Virus record (IMG/VR): IMGVR_UViG_3300046804_004277
Span: 1 to 63,429 of that record
DNA from: a virus
Taxonomy: Duplodnaviria; Caudoviricetes
Length of the DNA stretch: 63,429 nucleotides
Direction: 5' to 3' (one strand)
A program made the position numbers and the translations under genes. Shown piece after piece: positions 28,708 through 40,005 of the stretch (position 1 is its first letter; each line of letters opens with the position of its first letter). A model generated the notes under the pieces. It was not told where the DNA came from. It saw only the letters and a program-made list of their open reading frames with translations, and did no database searches.

Positions 28708-29505
28708 TTAAATATCCTTTTGTTGAGTAGGACTCCATTCTTTGGAATCATTGAAGAAATCCCAATTTTCAGTAAATCCAAAATCATCATTTGGACCAGC
28801 ATCAATTGGATCTGGCTCAACCGTGTATCTCATCTCTCTCTTTGCGATAGAAGTGTCAGTGCCAGTATAGACATCAACTTGAACCTTGCGAATAAGACCT
28901 TCACTACTATCTGCAATTGGACCAAACAGATATGTTTTAGCAGTAAAATCTAATGTGTAGATTAAAACTCTTCTTGTGGAAAAATCTCCTTCATAATCAT
29001 CAGTAAATGAAACATTATTTAAAATGACAGGAATATCTCTTTTTTCTCCTATGGAATCAATTAAATCAACTGTCAAATTAAATGCTGGTTGGAAAAATGG
29101 CAAAATTTGCTCAACAATCTGTAAAGCATCATCATTTAATTTTGTCATGATACTAAGTTGAAATCCAATATTATATGGAACAGGTAGATATACTTTCTTT
29201 AAATTAACACCATCAGAAGCTTTAAATGTTTGAGAAAGATTTGCCTTCCTTGTTGGATCATATTGAATGGAAGTCATTTCAAATGACATTCTTGGAAGTG
29301 TCATTGCAACTGGTTTATTTAAATTTGCCTGCTGCTCAATACGTGCTAGAAACTTTTGTGTTGGTCCATATGCAAAAGGAACTCTTAATTCACTATAATC
29401 ATTATTATCAGCATCTTTATGTTTGATGTAAATTTGATTGAAAAGAGTGCCAAATGCAATAATGGTTTTTCTTATAATCTGGTGATAGTAATAAGTTCCT
29501 AACAT
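28708..29505 (-). CDS. g15: Tail sheath stabiliser / tail terminator
   Basis: YYHQIIRK..IAFGTLFN, LPRMSFEM and QIVEQILPFF motifs. Confidence 0.95.
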   Translation of the reverse strand: MLGTYYYHQIIRKTIIAFGTLFNQIYIKHKDADNNDYSELRVPFAYGPTQKFLARIEQQANLNKPVAMTLPRMSFEMTSIQYDPTRKANLSQTFKASDGVNLKKVYLPVPYNIGFQLSIMTKLNDDALQIVEQILPFFQPAFNLTVDLIDSIGEKRDIPVILNNVSFTDDYEGDFSTRRVLIYTLDFTAKTYLFGPIADSSEGLIRKVQVDVYTGTDTSIAKREMRYTVEPDPIDAGPNDDFGFTENWDFFNDSKEWSPTQQKDI

Positions 29506-30911
29506 TAGTAATTTCCAAATGGATTTGATTCTGAAAAATCGACAATGAGATCTGCTTCCGCTTCTATTTCATCATTTTGTTCATATTTATCATAATTATC
29601 TGGTTTTTGATATGCAAGTAAAGAATATCTTGCAGAAGATGCAGATCCAACAATAATTTCTCCGGGTTGAAATGCTCCATCGGTTATGCCAACCTTTAAA
29701 ATCTTAGTATCATAATCCCAAGATTTAACTCTTGCTCTTGTTCCTGAAGAAGCACCAATAGCAACTTCATTGAATTGATATGTACCAATTCCAGTTGCTG
29801 GGGGTGCTGAAATTGTTGCCACAATCGTTAATTGTGGATAATATCCTGCTCCAGCATCAGAAAGTAAAACTTGACTTATAGTTCCTGCAGCACCTACAAC
29901 TACTTTACCTCTTGCCCTGATATTAGGAGCATCATTTGGAGAACTGAATGTAATTGTTGGTGCTGTCACATAACCAGTTCCAATACCACTTATGCTTACT
30001 GATTTTACACCACAATAAGCATTACTAATGATTTCGGAAGTTGCTGCCGCACCAACACCATTTCCACCAGAAATAGTCACAGTTGGAGCAACAGTATATC
30101 CAGATCCAGCATTTGTGAGGAGAATTTCTTTAACTGAATAACTTCCACCCAAACTAGTTGTTATTGCTACAGCAGTGGCATTAGTTCCACCAGATGGTGC
30201 GGTCGATATTGATACAGTTGGGGTCTCATTATATCCATATCCATCATTATTAAGAATGATTCTTCTTACATAACCACCACTTGTTTTTAAAGTTGTTGCA
30301 GTTTCTTGTACAGAAGTTGAGAATAATTGAAGTTCTGTCATATATCCATATTGCTCTAAAGTATCATCAATTTCTTGAACAGTAGTACTATCATTTTCCC
30401 AACCTCCAATTTCATCCTCATATTCAAATAGTTCACATCTCAACTCATAAACATATAATTTTCCTAATTGATAAAATGGTTGCTCATGCTCAACAAATTT
30501 TACTTCAAATAATCTTTGTCCTAAAGGAAAATAAACTAAATCACCTTCTCTTGGTCTCGATGTTAATGTAATTTCAGTATCAGAACTTGATTCCAAAAAT
30601 GGAGAAATAAAATCTTCAAATCTTTCTTTGGAAATAATCAAACTTACTTCATCTTTTAAACTCATTCCAAACTTTGTTAAAAGATCTCCCTGCCCGGTAT
30701 ATCCCTCATAATTATTGACATATGCTTCAATCGCATAATTATCATTAAATTTAGAAGATGTTACTTCTCTCAAAATAGTTTCTTGTCTTACATATTTTCT
30801 TGGAATGTAGTATACTTCTACACCATACATACGCAACTGCTCATTAATTAGTTCTTGAACTAATCTCTGTTCATTTGGTGAGCCTTGTAAGAAAAAGGGA
30901 TTAAGTGCCAT
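29505..30911 (-). CDS. g14: Neck protein with internal GxGY-repeat insertion
   Basis: RPREGDLVYFP, FEVKFVEHEQPFYQLG; C-terminal DFSESNPFG. Confidence 0.93.
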   Translation of the reverse strand: MALNPFFLQGSPNEQRLVQELINEQLRMYGVEVYYIPRKYVRQETILREVTSSKFNDNYAIEAYVNNYEGYTGQGDLLTKFGMSLKDEVSLIISKERFEDFISPFLESSSDTEITLTSRPREGDLVYFPLGQRLFEVKFVEHEQPFYQLGKLYVYELRCELFEYEDEIGGWENDSTTVQEIDDTLEQYGYMTELQLFSTSVQETATTLKTSGGYVRRIILNNDGYGYNETPTVSISTAPSGGTNATAVAITTSLGGSYSVKEILLTNAGSGYTVAPTVTISGGNGVGAAATSEIISNAYCGVKSVSISGIGTGYVTAPTITFSSPNDAPNIRARGKVVVGAAGTISQVLLSDAGAGYYPQLTIVATISAPPATGIGTYQFNEVAIGASSGTRARVKSWDYDTKILKVGITDGAFQPGEIIVGSASSARYSLLAYQKPDNYDKYEQNDEIEAEADLIVDFSESNPFGNY

Positions 30912-30913
30912 TA

Positions 30914-31756
30914 TTATCCAATAAAATCGTAAGGTGGAAGTTCGTATTCCAAAGCCATTCTTTGTTTTATATCTTCTAATTCTCTTTCTGCATCTTCATA
31001 AAGTTCTCTACCATTCAACTCAATTCCACCGGGAAGTTTTACCCCTCTAAATTTAATTAAGTTTTGCCCCCACTGTTTTTTCATCAGGGCAGTAAGATAT
31101 TTTTTCATAAAACTATCATTATAAACCTTAGTAAAACTGGCAGGATCTAATGCCCTATAGCAGTCAATTACTAAAAAGTTTCCTACTTTTTGTGATGCCC
31201 AATCAATATCCAAATACATTCTATTTTGTCTTTTATTAAATCTAACTTGCTTATCAGTTGTCAGAAGAAAATCAATATCTTCCAAATAACTTTTTACCAT
31301 AGCATATTGTAATAATTCAACGGAATTAAAATAATATAAGTCATTTAAAAATAACTGATATTTGATACTAAACATTCCTCCAGAAATGGAACTAGTATCA
31401 AATTTAAATACCTTTTCAATACCAATTACAGAATCTGGTACTTGAATAAAATTAGAAGTTTCATAAAAATTAAATGTTGTAGTACCAATACCACTAATAT
31501 TTGCAGATCCAGTTGTAGTTACTATTCCGACACCATTTGTTCCATTTCCCCTACCTCTATCAATATCTTCCTGAGTGATTTTATATTTCAAGTACATTCT
31601 TTCAACACCATCGAAGTGTCTTTCATTGAAGTATTGTAATGCATCATCAACCAAATCATCAATTTGGTCATCATCTAAGTTAATTTCTAATACTGGAGCA
31701 CCTAGTTTGCGAAGACAATAATCAATAAGTTCTTGTCTAGTTGTTGGTTTTGCCAT
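30914..31756 (-). CDS. g13: Neck protein
   Basis: YCLRKLGAPVLEIN and QWGQNLIKF.GVKLPGG motifs. Confidence 0.96.
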   Translation of the reverse strand: MAKPTTRQELIDYCLRKLGAPVLEINLDDDQIDDLVDDALQYFNERHFDGVERMYLKYKITQEDIDRGRGNGTNGVGIVTTTGSANISGIGTTTFNFYETSNFIQVPDSVIGIEKVFKFDTSSISGGMFSIKYQLFLNDLYYFNSVELLQYAMVKSYLEDIDFLLTTDKQVRFNKRQNRMYLDIDWASQKVGNFLVIDCYRALDPASFTKVYNDSFMKKYLTALMKKQWGQNLIKFRGVKLPGGIELNGRELYEDAERELEDIKQRMALEYELPPYDFIG

Positions 31757-32007
31757 CAGTAGGTTCCTCCATCGATAGTTCCTATAATATCTCCATTGAA
31801 ATTAATGTTGCCCATAAAAGTGGTTACTCCGACAAAATATGAACTTCCACTTACATATAAAGATGTAACAGATGCAATTCCACCTACTACATTTAAAGTA
31901 GTCTCGGATGCTCCCCCAAGACTACTAATAACTTTGACAGTATTTTGTTGACCAACTCTGACTTTTAAATCATTTTGAGAGTCTGTTCTAACATTTATAT
32001 CTGCCAT
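31756..32007 (-). CDS. Hypothetical virion protein
   Basis: Coupled ORF ending IDGGTY, a motif seen in cyanophage fibre-associated proteins. Confidence 0.65.
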   Translation of the reverse strand: MADINVRTDSQNDLKVRVGQQNTVKVISSLGGASETTLNVVGGIASVTSLYVSGSSYFVGVTTFMGNINFNGDIIGTIDGGTY

Positions 32008-32351
32008 TATCTAGTAACTCCTTCCCTTACAAGAACCATTCCCTCAATAACTCTATTTTTAACCAAAGAAGAATCTGTAATTACTACATCATAAACATAT
32101 CTTCCAGGTTTTATGCTTGCTGTTTGTGTAGCAGTCAATTGCAATCTAATTTTTCCACTAGTTGCTGGTAATTGTATATCGGCAGTAAATGCTATTGCAG
32201 TTGAACTACCAGACCATTTTCTCATCTGGGCAGCAACAGTATATCCAGTCAAATTGAATGCCGAATTTGTATCACTTCCTTCTAATGTAAAAGATTGGGT
32301 AAAACTAGACCCAGCGTTTACAACTAGATTATTGACATATACTGATGCCAT
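32007..32351 (-). CDS. Conserved hypothetical structural protein
   Basis: LTGYT..AQMRK and PGRYVYDV...RVIEG motifs; late promoter TATAAATA at 32374-32381. Confidence 0.75.
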   Translation of the reverse strand: MASVYVNNLVVNAGSSFTQSFTLEGSDTNSAFNLTGYTVAAQMRKWSGSSTAIAFTADIQLPATSGKIRLQLTATQTASIKPGRYVYDVVITDSSLVKNRVIEGMVLVREGVTR

Positions 32352-32382
32352 TTATTTCTTTATTGCTACTTTTTATTTATAC

Positions 32383-32553
32383 CTACAGAGCACCTAATGA
32401 TTTTATAACTTCTTGTTGCTTTAAATATAGTTTGCAATACAATTTAGAAAAAATTTTCAATTCATCAAAATCCAACGTATCAATAACTCTAACGTGCTTT
32501 TCATATTCAAATAATTTATCAATTGATTCTAATGAAATGTCATTTGGATCCAT
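32383..32553 (-). CDS. Small helical protein, NblA-like (phycobilisome degradation adaptor), not in ORF track
   Basis: MDPNDISLESIDKLFEYEKHVRVIDTLDFDELKIFSKLYCKLYLKQQEVIKSLGAL; size and L..E..F...LY...Q pattern resemble NblA. Confidence 0.55.
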   Translation of the reverse strand: MDPNDISLESIDKLFEYEKHVRVIDTLDFDELKIFSKLYCKLYLKQQEVIKSLGAL

Positions 32554-32743
32554 TAATTAACTCCCTTAATAAAAACTTAATTTCATCAATATCTTTTTTC
32601 ATATTATCTAATTCTCTCTTTTGAGATTCTCGAACGTTCAAACTATTTACATACTGCGTATATGAATTATTGTCACAATTAATTATAGCACCACTTTGCT
32701 CATCACGATACAAATTTGGATGCCCCTGAACTGGAATCATCAT
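32540..32743 (-). CDS. Conserved hypothetical protein with coiled-coil C-terminus
   Basis: V.GH.NLYRD..SGAIIN motif. Confidence 0.75.
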   Translation of the reverse strand: MMIPVQGHPNLYRDEQSGAIINCDNNSYTQYVNSLNVRESQKRELDNMKKDIDEIKFLLRELINGSK

Positions 32744-35700
32744 AGGATTGCAATACTCCTTAAATCTTTTAGTTTTGGTGCATATGCCTGGTTTGTTCCT
32801 GACATTACAATTTTAATAGTATAACCAGTAAAATCACCAATATCATGTGCAGTAAATTCATATTCTAAAAATTCATCGTTCAAACTTGCAGGAACAAATG
32901 TGTCAGGAAGACCACTATTTTTAGAAGGATTTACAACATCAGGATATCCATCTCCATTATTATTAATGGTTAAATTATCATATCCTGGGAATAATTCGAA
33001 TGCTTGATTAACTTCACTAGAATCTGGTCTAATCAAACTATAAAGGACTCTAAAATCTGCAGATGAATGTCTGTATGCAGAAACAATAACTTTAAGAGTT
33101 TTTGCTGATTGTGCCAATCTTACAGTATTTGATACATAAACTGCTGCATGAGGATCGCCAATTAAATTATTTACTCTACCATCTGCCGCATAATTTGATA
33201 TTGGTTTATTTAATCTATTACTATTCAATTTGATGGCAGATTTTTTCCAGAAAATCATTGGAGATAAATTATTATCAGTTGTTGAAAGATTTGCTTTAAG
33301 AGTAAAGGATTTATTTCTCAACAAATCGCCCAGATAAGTTTGCTCATTAATATCTGAGCAAATAATTCTGGTTGAAGTTAATTTATTTTCTCCTGTAATA
33401 TCAATATCTTCATATCCTTGGTCAATAAATGAACTTTCAGTTCCATTCACACTAGTTCCACTTACTGTTCTTATCTGCCCTGAGAGAGAAGTTTTAGATC
33501 CTGGAACGAGAGCAGTAATTTGGGGAGTAATCAAATCATATTGAATATTTTCTGTAGCAAAACAATTTTCTCCACCTCCAGTAAATTCCGAATTAAATGA
33601 GAGTTGTGAGTAACTATTTGAACCAATGACTAGCGATGCATCGGAACTTCTATTTGTTGTATTTGAATCAATATTAGTTCTATCTATTTCAATATAATAA
33701 TCATCAATTCCAATCCCAACATCACTAATATCGTGAGTTTTATTAATTCTTCTCAAAGAAACGCCATTAAATTCATACTTATAAACTAAAACATTGGGAT
33801 CATGGTCTGATGCTTTTGTCGAATCTATTCCTCTAGTTAAAGTTGTGAGTGTTCCTGAACCAATTGCTTCATATTTAATAATTTCATCTTCAATAATTAC
33901 ATATCCAGGATTTGATCCACCAACAGGAACTCCCTCAAAGGTTCCAAAATCTGCTGTAGATGCAACACTAATAATATTATCTGTAGATAAAATTTTATTT
34001 GATAATATTGTTGGAGCAGTTGCAGATTGTACATCACTAATAGTTAGTTTATTTGTATTCGCATACATTCCATGATCAAAATGATTTACTTTAATGAAAT
34101 TACCACTATATACTCCCCCAACTGGTGTTGAGGATAGTATACTTGTTCCAGACAATGAAACTTTAGTTCCGGAATCATTATAATATGCAAGTGTAGTTAC
34201 GCCTACAGTTGGGAACGATTCTCCCTGAACATTAGTTAGATAAAGTGTGTCTAATGAAGTAACGTCTGTGATGGTGATAATAGCACCATTTCCAGCAACT
34301 GGAACAACATCAGATGTGACAATTCCGACAGTATCTCCTTTAGCATATCCACTTCCATTATTACTTCCATTTACAGAAACACCAGTAATTGTACCATTTG
34401 TTGCTGTAATATCAAGTCTTAAGTTTTTACCATTACCACTAAGTGTATAAGTTCCTACGTTACTTGTAGTTGTATAATTAGAACCACCAGTGGTAATACC
34501 TACTGAAGATGTTGGACCTCCAGTTTGAGAAATATATCCATAAACATAAGATTTTGTTGCCTCAGTAACTTTTCTACCAGTAGTTAAAATTCCAATTGTT
34601 GTAGCAGTTGAAGTAGTTTTAATTCCTACTGTGATATTTCTTGGTAAAGTTCTTAAAGAATTAGAACTTAATTTTTGGATGTAACCATTACTTTCATTTA
34701 GTGATGGATTTTGTAAGAATACACTACCCGATGTGGATGTGAAATTGCACTTATACAGTTTAAACTTAAGATCCTGATACTGATTTGCAGTCCATATGGA
34801 ACCATTTTGAGATTTAAATAGACTTCCAATTGCAAATTGTTTAGTATATCTTACACTTTCGGCATCGGGTAATGTTGATGTATTAACAGTTCTTTCGCCC
34901 ATTTCAGCAATCCAAAGTTCATATTGATCGCTTTGACCTGCTTGAACTACGACAGCATATTCTTGATTTGGTGCAAGGTAAATTGGATAATCAAAAGTAA
35001 CATTTGTTGCTACTGTACCATCACTCGAAGTATTAATCTGACTTGGTTTTAAAGTAGCAGATTTTCCAAGTACTGTTCTAGTTGGAGTTCCTAATTCGAC
35101 AGTTCTTATCTCTACAGTTACTGGTGCATTTCCAGAATCTTTATGTGCGAAAAATAAATCTACAGCACTCAAATATACACCATTTGCATCATCATTAGGT
35201 AGATTTCCATTTAAACTTTCAACATTTCCACCAACACTGAACGATTGTGCAAGTGGGTCAACATATGTATTTACTGTTGTAGTAGTTGTAGTTGTTGTAA
35301 TTGTCTTTTGTTTTTGTATGAATGTACCTTCTGAATTATAAATTGTTTCTCCAGAAGAAATTAATGTACTGCCAGGAAGTGGAACTTCATTTGTTGAACT
35401 TGATGTTAATCTGAAAGTTTTAGACCCAGTAGAAATTCTTACTGATGGTGCTGGTGTTGTATTTGGATCCCTTAAGAAGAATGCACCATTTAAATCTCCA
35501 TAATTATCTGAAATTAATCTCAAATCTTTTACATAAGCTACAGCACCACTTGATTGTCCAACAAGTTTTGTGCCAACTGTTAAATATCCAGAGTATAATC
35601 CCTGAACTTCCTCACATAGGGCATTGATGTCTATATTTAAAACTTTAGAAGTTGCGGAATATGATTCTGGAATATTTTCAGACTTTACATATGGGTTAAT

Positions 35701-38700
35701 ATTGTATGTTAATGATGGAGAATTAAATGCACCTTCTTTGTGATTTGATTGTGCAACTCTAAATTTAATTAATGGTGTAAGAAGTCCAGAACTCGATGCA
35801 CCAAAAAATCCAATAACAGTTTCTCCAACTTGAAATTCTGCAGATGCGCCATAATTTGCCAGAGTTGAATCTGTTGCAATTTCAATTAGTTTAGGAATAA
35901 AATCTACACCACTATTACTATCGAGGAATTGATAAAACTGAGTCAATGGTTTGAGATTTATTGCGGAAAATCCCGTATTGCGAGATCTCATGTATAATTC
36001 TGTTCCGCTTCCAACAATATTATCTTCTTCATTTACTGTAGATGTTGAGGTTGTGGTAGATCTTACAAATCTACCCCATCCTCCATTCCGGCTTACATTT
36101 CTTGATGTACTTATATTTACATTAACATTAACATCTTCTAATCTAATTGTTCTTACCCAACTATCACTTGATGGGTTTAGTTTAACAGTTCCATTATATG
36201 AAACAACATGGAATGGATTTACATTTTCTACTCTTGTGGCAAGAGGTTGTTCAATCCATCCAACGGATTCATACATCAATGTAATTGCATCACCAGTTTT
36301 TTTAACGTTTGAATCTAATAAATCAAAATCTACATTAAAATCTAAACTTTCATTAGTTATATCTTGCGCTGGAACTGGTTTTAATCCAATACTATTGTTA
36401 CTAATCTTTGTTGTCAAATAATTATTTTTAGGATCGATTTCAACGGAAGAAACATTAAGATTGATTAAATTAGTATTTTTAAAATCATCTACAAAGAATC
36501 CTGTCTTAAATCTATTAATTCCTTGAGCATCTCTAATTTGTAAAGTTTGTGTATTAAGTTCAAGTAATGATAATGAAGTTACTCTTTCTAGATTTGTAAC
36601 TCTATTTTCGATGGTATTAATATCTCTCATAGTATATCTTCTATTATCCACAAGAGATATTGTGGCATCTTTTGGGTTATAAAGATATGGTGGTAATGTA
36701 ATAGTTGCCAATTCCATTACCTGATCAGGTTTTGATGGTGGTTTTGGAACAATAGAAGAGGAACCTTTAAGTAGAATGAAATTTCCATTCTTATCAAGAT
36801 ATAACTTATCAATTCTACCTAGATAAAAATTATATCCAACTAAAGAACTTTCATTTGGAGAAAGAATAAGTTTTGGATCTGTCCCAAAACTAGAAGTTCT
36901 TGATGAAAAATCAAATGGAGATGAAGATGAACCAGTAAATGCTGCAACTCTTGGTCTAAAATCTAGAGTATCAGATGCTCTAACTTTGTTATTACCAATA
37001 GATGGAATATCTTCATTAAATCTTTCTTCTGAATAACTATTCACAGTGAATACGTCACCAGTATCGCTACTAGGTACTGAATAATAATCAAATACAATTA
37101 ACAGTTGTTTTGTTGGTTCTTGTTCACCATTTATTCTAACTATTTTTGAATAATCGTAATATTGTTCTTTTTGCCCCTTATCTAAATTAAATTTATTAGT
37201 TATATTTTTATATACACCAGCAGTAATTGAATTAATTGTTGTGGAAATATTGGATTCATCGAATTTTACATTTTCACCTGCTACAAATCTATTATTATTC
37301 AAATAAACAATTCCTATTGAACCTGAGGATGGTTTACTTACAACTCTAGCAACTGCTTTACTCGTACTTCCAATTATATTTTCTCCAATAATTGCATTTG
37401 AATCTACATTGGAAATTACATTAAAGTTCAGTGTATCCAGTGAAGGTGAAGAGGTATTCAATGATTCATAAACTGCTAAAACTTTTACAACGTCAGAATA
37501 TCTTAAGCAAATTTCTTCATCTTGAACTCTCAAACCATAATATGGATTATATGTCAATCCATCATTAATCGACGTATTAATTCCTGTACCAGATTGGGAA
37601 TATTTTGATAAATTGACTGAAATAGTTTGACTACGATTATATAATTTGGACTTACTTTGAATTCCATTTTTAATAAAAGTAGCGTTGATTAAACTAATTT
37701 GTTTATTTTGTATATTGGAGAATGTAACTTGATTCGATGATAAAGTAAATTTATCAGAGGTTAAGTTTTCAACCGTACCATCACTATAAAAAATAGAATA
37801 TCTTTCTTCATCAAATGATTCAAAATCTACTGATTCTGTAGTTACTCCTAGGTTAAAATTGCTTCTATTAACAGTTAGAGAATTAGAAGAAGGAGTAAAT
37901 GTTGAATTTGATTGTGTAGTAAATACTAAGTTTGAATTTGCTAAATTTGCAGATGCTATATTTGAGTCTGGTAATTTAGCATATAGATATCCCTTTTCTT
38001 CATTTCTAATCTTTGGAATACCTAAAGAAAACTTAGTTATTAATTGGGATGATGGCAAATCCTTATCACAAACACCAGTTACTGAATCTGTCAGCCCAGC
38101 AAGGGTCATTGTAGACCCATCCGCAGAAATTGAAACGACTCTATTAAAAGTTTCTACGGAAAGTCCGGGTCTTTGATATCTGACAATTGTATCGGTTTTA
38201 ATTCCAGTAAATGCTTTTCCAGATCCATTTACTGTTCCATTAGATTCAATAGTAATTGAATCTAATGCACTAAATCCTGGAGCAATTACTCTATCTAATT
38301 GGGTATCTGCTAAAAATGCAGTTGTAAATCCAGAAGTAGATGTTGATTGATAAATTGATTTAATGTCTTCTGTATTATATACTTTTATCGAACTAATGGT
38401 TCTTGGATATAATTCCACTCCATTAATTAGTATTGATTCGCCTACAGAAAATGTTCCAGATGTCTGACTAACATCAATTACGGCGCTTCCAGAACCAGCA
38501 GCGATGGCATATCCACTGGCTCCACTACTTTTTCCTTTGATTAATGATGTCGATAAAAGTTCTGTTGCTGATAATGGTTGATTTAAAGTTAATCGTGTAT
38601 AAGTCTGAATATCATAAAGATATAAATCCCAGTTTGATGCAGCATTGGAATATGCCGCATCAGTTAAATTGACCGTATATACTCTAGCATCTCCAATTTT

Positions 38701-40002
38701 TGAACCATTTGGTGATGTGGTAGAATTTTTTCTTCTATTATATAATGCTACAGTTGATTTTTGCTTTACTGATCCTGAAATATTGTTGATTCGGATTAAA
38801 TTCCCCATCTCAAAGGGAATATTAATATTATCTACCGTCTGCTTATCTCTTGGTTTATTTACGTCTAAAATTTCAACACCAGTTTTTTCAATATCATATC
38901 CCCTAACATAAGCTTTTCCTGGAGATAATTTGACACACATCAAATCATTTGAAGGAGTATTTCCCTGATCAGTTTTTTCATTATTGAAAAATAATCCATC
39001 ATTTCCAATTCTATTATTCAGAGAATTATTCACCGATATTTGAAAAGGATTGATGGAATAATCTCCAGATTCATCATATGTTCTTTGAGCAAGATAATCT
39101 TTAATAATGTTATAATCTGATTTTGATGTAATTTTTTGAATTGCTCCATCTTTAACTCTCAATATCTCAACAAAATCAGTATCATTATCAACATCTGTTA
39201 AGAGTTTTTTTGATAATACTAATTCAATTTGAAATCTGTCTGCTCCTGGTGCAGCATAATTTGTAAAACCCTTTGCATTATCATATAAATTTGAATCATC
39301 TTTGGATGTAACGATTTTTTCAATTACTTTTAAACCAACTCTATATGAGGGAGTATTTGTATAGTAATCTAAAATAATAGTTTGTTTAGATACACGCGCA
39401 AAATTTCCTCTTATGAAATATACCCCATCTCCAATAGAAGCTGAAGAACCAGTAGCGGTTGCATTTTTAGAAATTGTAGATGCAAATGTTGTTCCAGAAT
39501 TAATTGTGGTATTACCATAAACAACATTTTCATCAGCACTCAGTTCTTCATTATCTCTAAACTGATTAAAAATAAAATCATTGTCAGAATCTAGATATTT
39601 TACATAAAGAGTAACATATTCAATTTCAGAATCTGGCAAAATAATTTTTTGAATTATGGCAGTAGTTCCAGAGGATTTCCCTGTAATCTTTTTACCAACA
39701 AAATTTTCAATATATGATGCAATATTAACACCAAATGTAGTTGGATTTAATTTTACTGCATAAAATTGATTATCAAATGCAACATTTCCTGGAATTACTA
39801 ACGAACCCTCTTTAAAAAAATGACTCCCAAATGATTCTACTTGATTTTGTAAAATTGACTGTAAAGTATTTAATTCTCTAGCCTGTACAGGTCTTCCTGG
39901 ATTAAAGAGAACTTTATAATAGTTCTTATCTCTAGCCCCAGTATTGGATTCATTAAAATCATCATAATATGGACTTACATTGAGATTTGTTTTTTGAGCC
40001 AT
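32740..40002 (-). CDS. Large virion structural protein (2420 aa)
   Basis: NLNVSPYYDDF, PVQARELN.LQSILQNQ, APGADR, RTYDESGDY and DPLAQSF motifs; follows g8. Confidence 0.85.
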   Translation of the reverse strand: MAQKTNLNVSPYYDDFNESNTGARDKNYYKVLFNPGRPVQARELNTLQSILQNQVESFGSHFFKEGSLVIPGNVAFDNQFYAVKLNPTTFGVNIASYIENFVGKKITGKSSGTTAIIQKIILPDSEIEYVTLYVKYLDSDNDFIFNQFRDNEELSADENVVYGNTTINSGTTFASTISKNATATGSSASIGDGVYFIRGNFARVSKQTIILDYYTNTPSYRVGLKVIEKIVTSKDDSNLYDNAKGFTNYAAPGADRFQIELVLSKKLLTDVDNDTDFVEILRVKDGAIQKITSKSDYNIIKDYLAQRTYDESGDYSINPFQISVNNSLNNRIGNDGLFFNNEKTDQGNTPSNDLMCVKLSPGKAYVRGYDIEKTGVEILDVNKPRDKQTVDNINIPFEMGNLIRINNISGSVKQKSTVALYNRRKNSTTSPNGSKIGDARVYTVNLTDAAYSNAASNWDLYLYDIQTYTRLTLNQPLSATELLSTSLIKGKSSGASGYAIAAGSGSAVIDVSQTSGTFSVGESILINGVELYPRTISSIKVYNTEDIKSIYQSTSTSGFTTAFLADTQLDRVIAPGFSALDSITIESNGTVNGSGKAFTGIKTDTIVRYQRPGLSVETFNRVVSISADGSTMTLAGLTDSVTGVCDKDLPSSQLITKFSLGIPKIRNEEKGYLYAKLPDSNIASANLANSNLVFTTQSNSTFTPSSNSLTVNRSNFNLGVTTESVDFESFDEERYSIFYSDGTVENLTSDKFTLSSNQVTFSNIQNKQISLINATFIKNGIQSKSKLYNRSQTISVNLSKYSQSGTGINTSINDGLTYNPYYGLRVQDEEICLRYSDVVKVLAVYESLNTSSPSLDTLNFNVISNVDSNAIIGENIIGSTSKAVARVVSKPSSGSIGIVYLNNNRFVAGENVKFDESNISTTINSITAGVYKNITNKFNLDKGQKEQYYDYSKIVRINGEQEPTKQLLIVFDYYSVPSSDTGDVFTVNSYSEERFNEDIPSIGNNKVRASDTLDFRPRVAAFTGSSSSPFDFSSRTSSFGTDPKLILSPNESSLVGYNFYLGRIDKLYLDKNGNFILLKGSSSIVPKPPSKPDQVMELATITLPPYLYNPKDATISLVDNRRYTMRDINTIENRVTNLERVTSLSLLELNTQTLQIRDAQGINRFKTGFFVDDFKNTNLINLNVSSVEIDPKNNYLTTKISNNSIGLKPVPAQDITNESLDFNVDFDLLDSNVKKTGDAITLMYESVGWIEQPLATRVENVNPFHVVSYNGTVKLNPSSDSWVRTIRLEDVNVNVNISTSRNVSRNGGWGRFVRSTTTSTSTVNEEDNIVGSGTELYMRSRNTGFSAINLKPLTQFYQFLDSNSGVDFIPKLIEIATDSTLANYGASAEFQVGETVIGFFGASSSGLLTPLIKFRVAQSNHKEGAFNSPSLTYNINPYVKSENIPESYSATSKVLNIDINALCEEVQGLYSGYLTVGTKLVGQSSGAVAYVKDLRLISDNYGDLNGAFFLRDPNTTPAPSVRISTGSKTFRLTSSSTNEVPLPGSTLISSGETIYNSEGTFIQKQKTITTTTTTTTVNTYVDPLAQSFSVGGNVESLNGNLPNDDANGVYLSAVDLFFAHKDSGNAPVTVEIRTVELGTPTRTVLGKSATLKPSQINTSSDGTVATNVTFDYPIYLAPNQEYAVVVQAGQSDQYELWIAEMGERTVNTSTLPDAESVRYTKQFAIGSLFKSQNGSIWTANQYQDLKFKLYKCNFTSTSGSVFLQNPSLNESNGYIQKLSSNSLRTLPRNITVGIKTTSTATTIGILTTGRKVTEATKSYVYGYISQTGGPTSSVGITTGGSNYTTTSNVGTYTLSGNGKNLRLDITATNGTITGVSVNGSNNGSGYAKGDTVGIVTSDVVPVAGNGAIITITDVTSLDTLYLTNVQGESFPTVGVTTLAYYNDSGTKVSLSGTSILSSTPVGGVYSGNFIKVNHFDHGMYANTNKLTISDVQSATAPTILSNKILSTDNIISVASTADFGTFEGVPVGGSNPGYVIIEDEIIKYEAIGSGTLTTLTRGIDSTKASDHDPNVLVYKYEFNGVSLRRINKTHDISDVGIGIDDYYIEIDRTNIDSNTTNRSSDASLVIGSNSYSQLSFNSEFTGGGENCFATENIQYDLITPQITALVPGSKTSLSGQIRTVSGTSVNGTESSFIDQGYEDIDITGENKLTSTRIICSDINEQTYLGDLLRNKSFTLKANLSTTDNNLSPMIFWKKSAIKLNSNRLNKPISNYAADGRVNNLIGDPHAAVYVSNTVRLAQSAKTLKVIVSAYRHSSADFRVLYSLIRPDSSEVNQAFELFPGYDNLTINNNGDGYPDVVNPSKNSGLPDTFVPASLNDEFLEYEFTAHDIGDFTGYTIKIVMSGTNQAYAPKLKDLRSIAIL

Positions 40003-40005
40003 TTC

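Noticed and set aside
35275-35305. (GTT/GTA)n tract as a contingency repeat
   Set aside because: It is an imperfect codon run encoding a poly-Thr linker, not a pure slippage tract.
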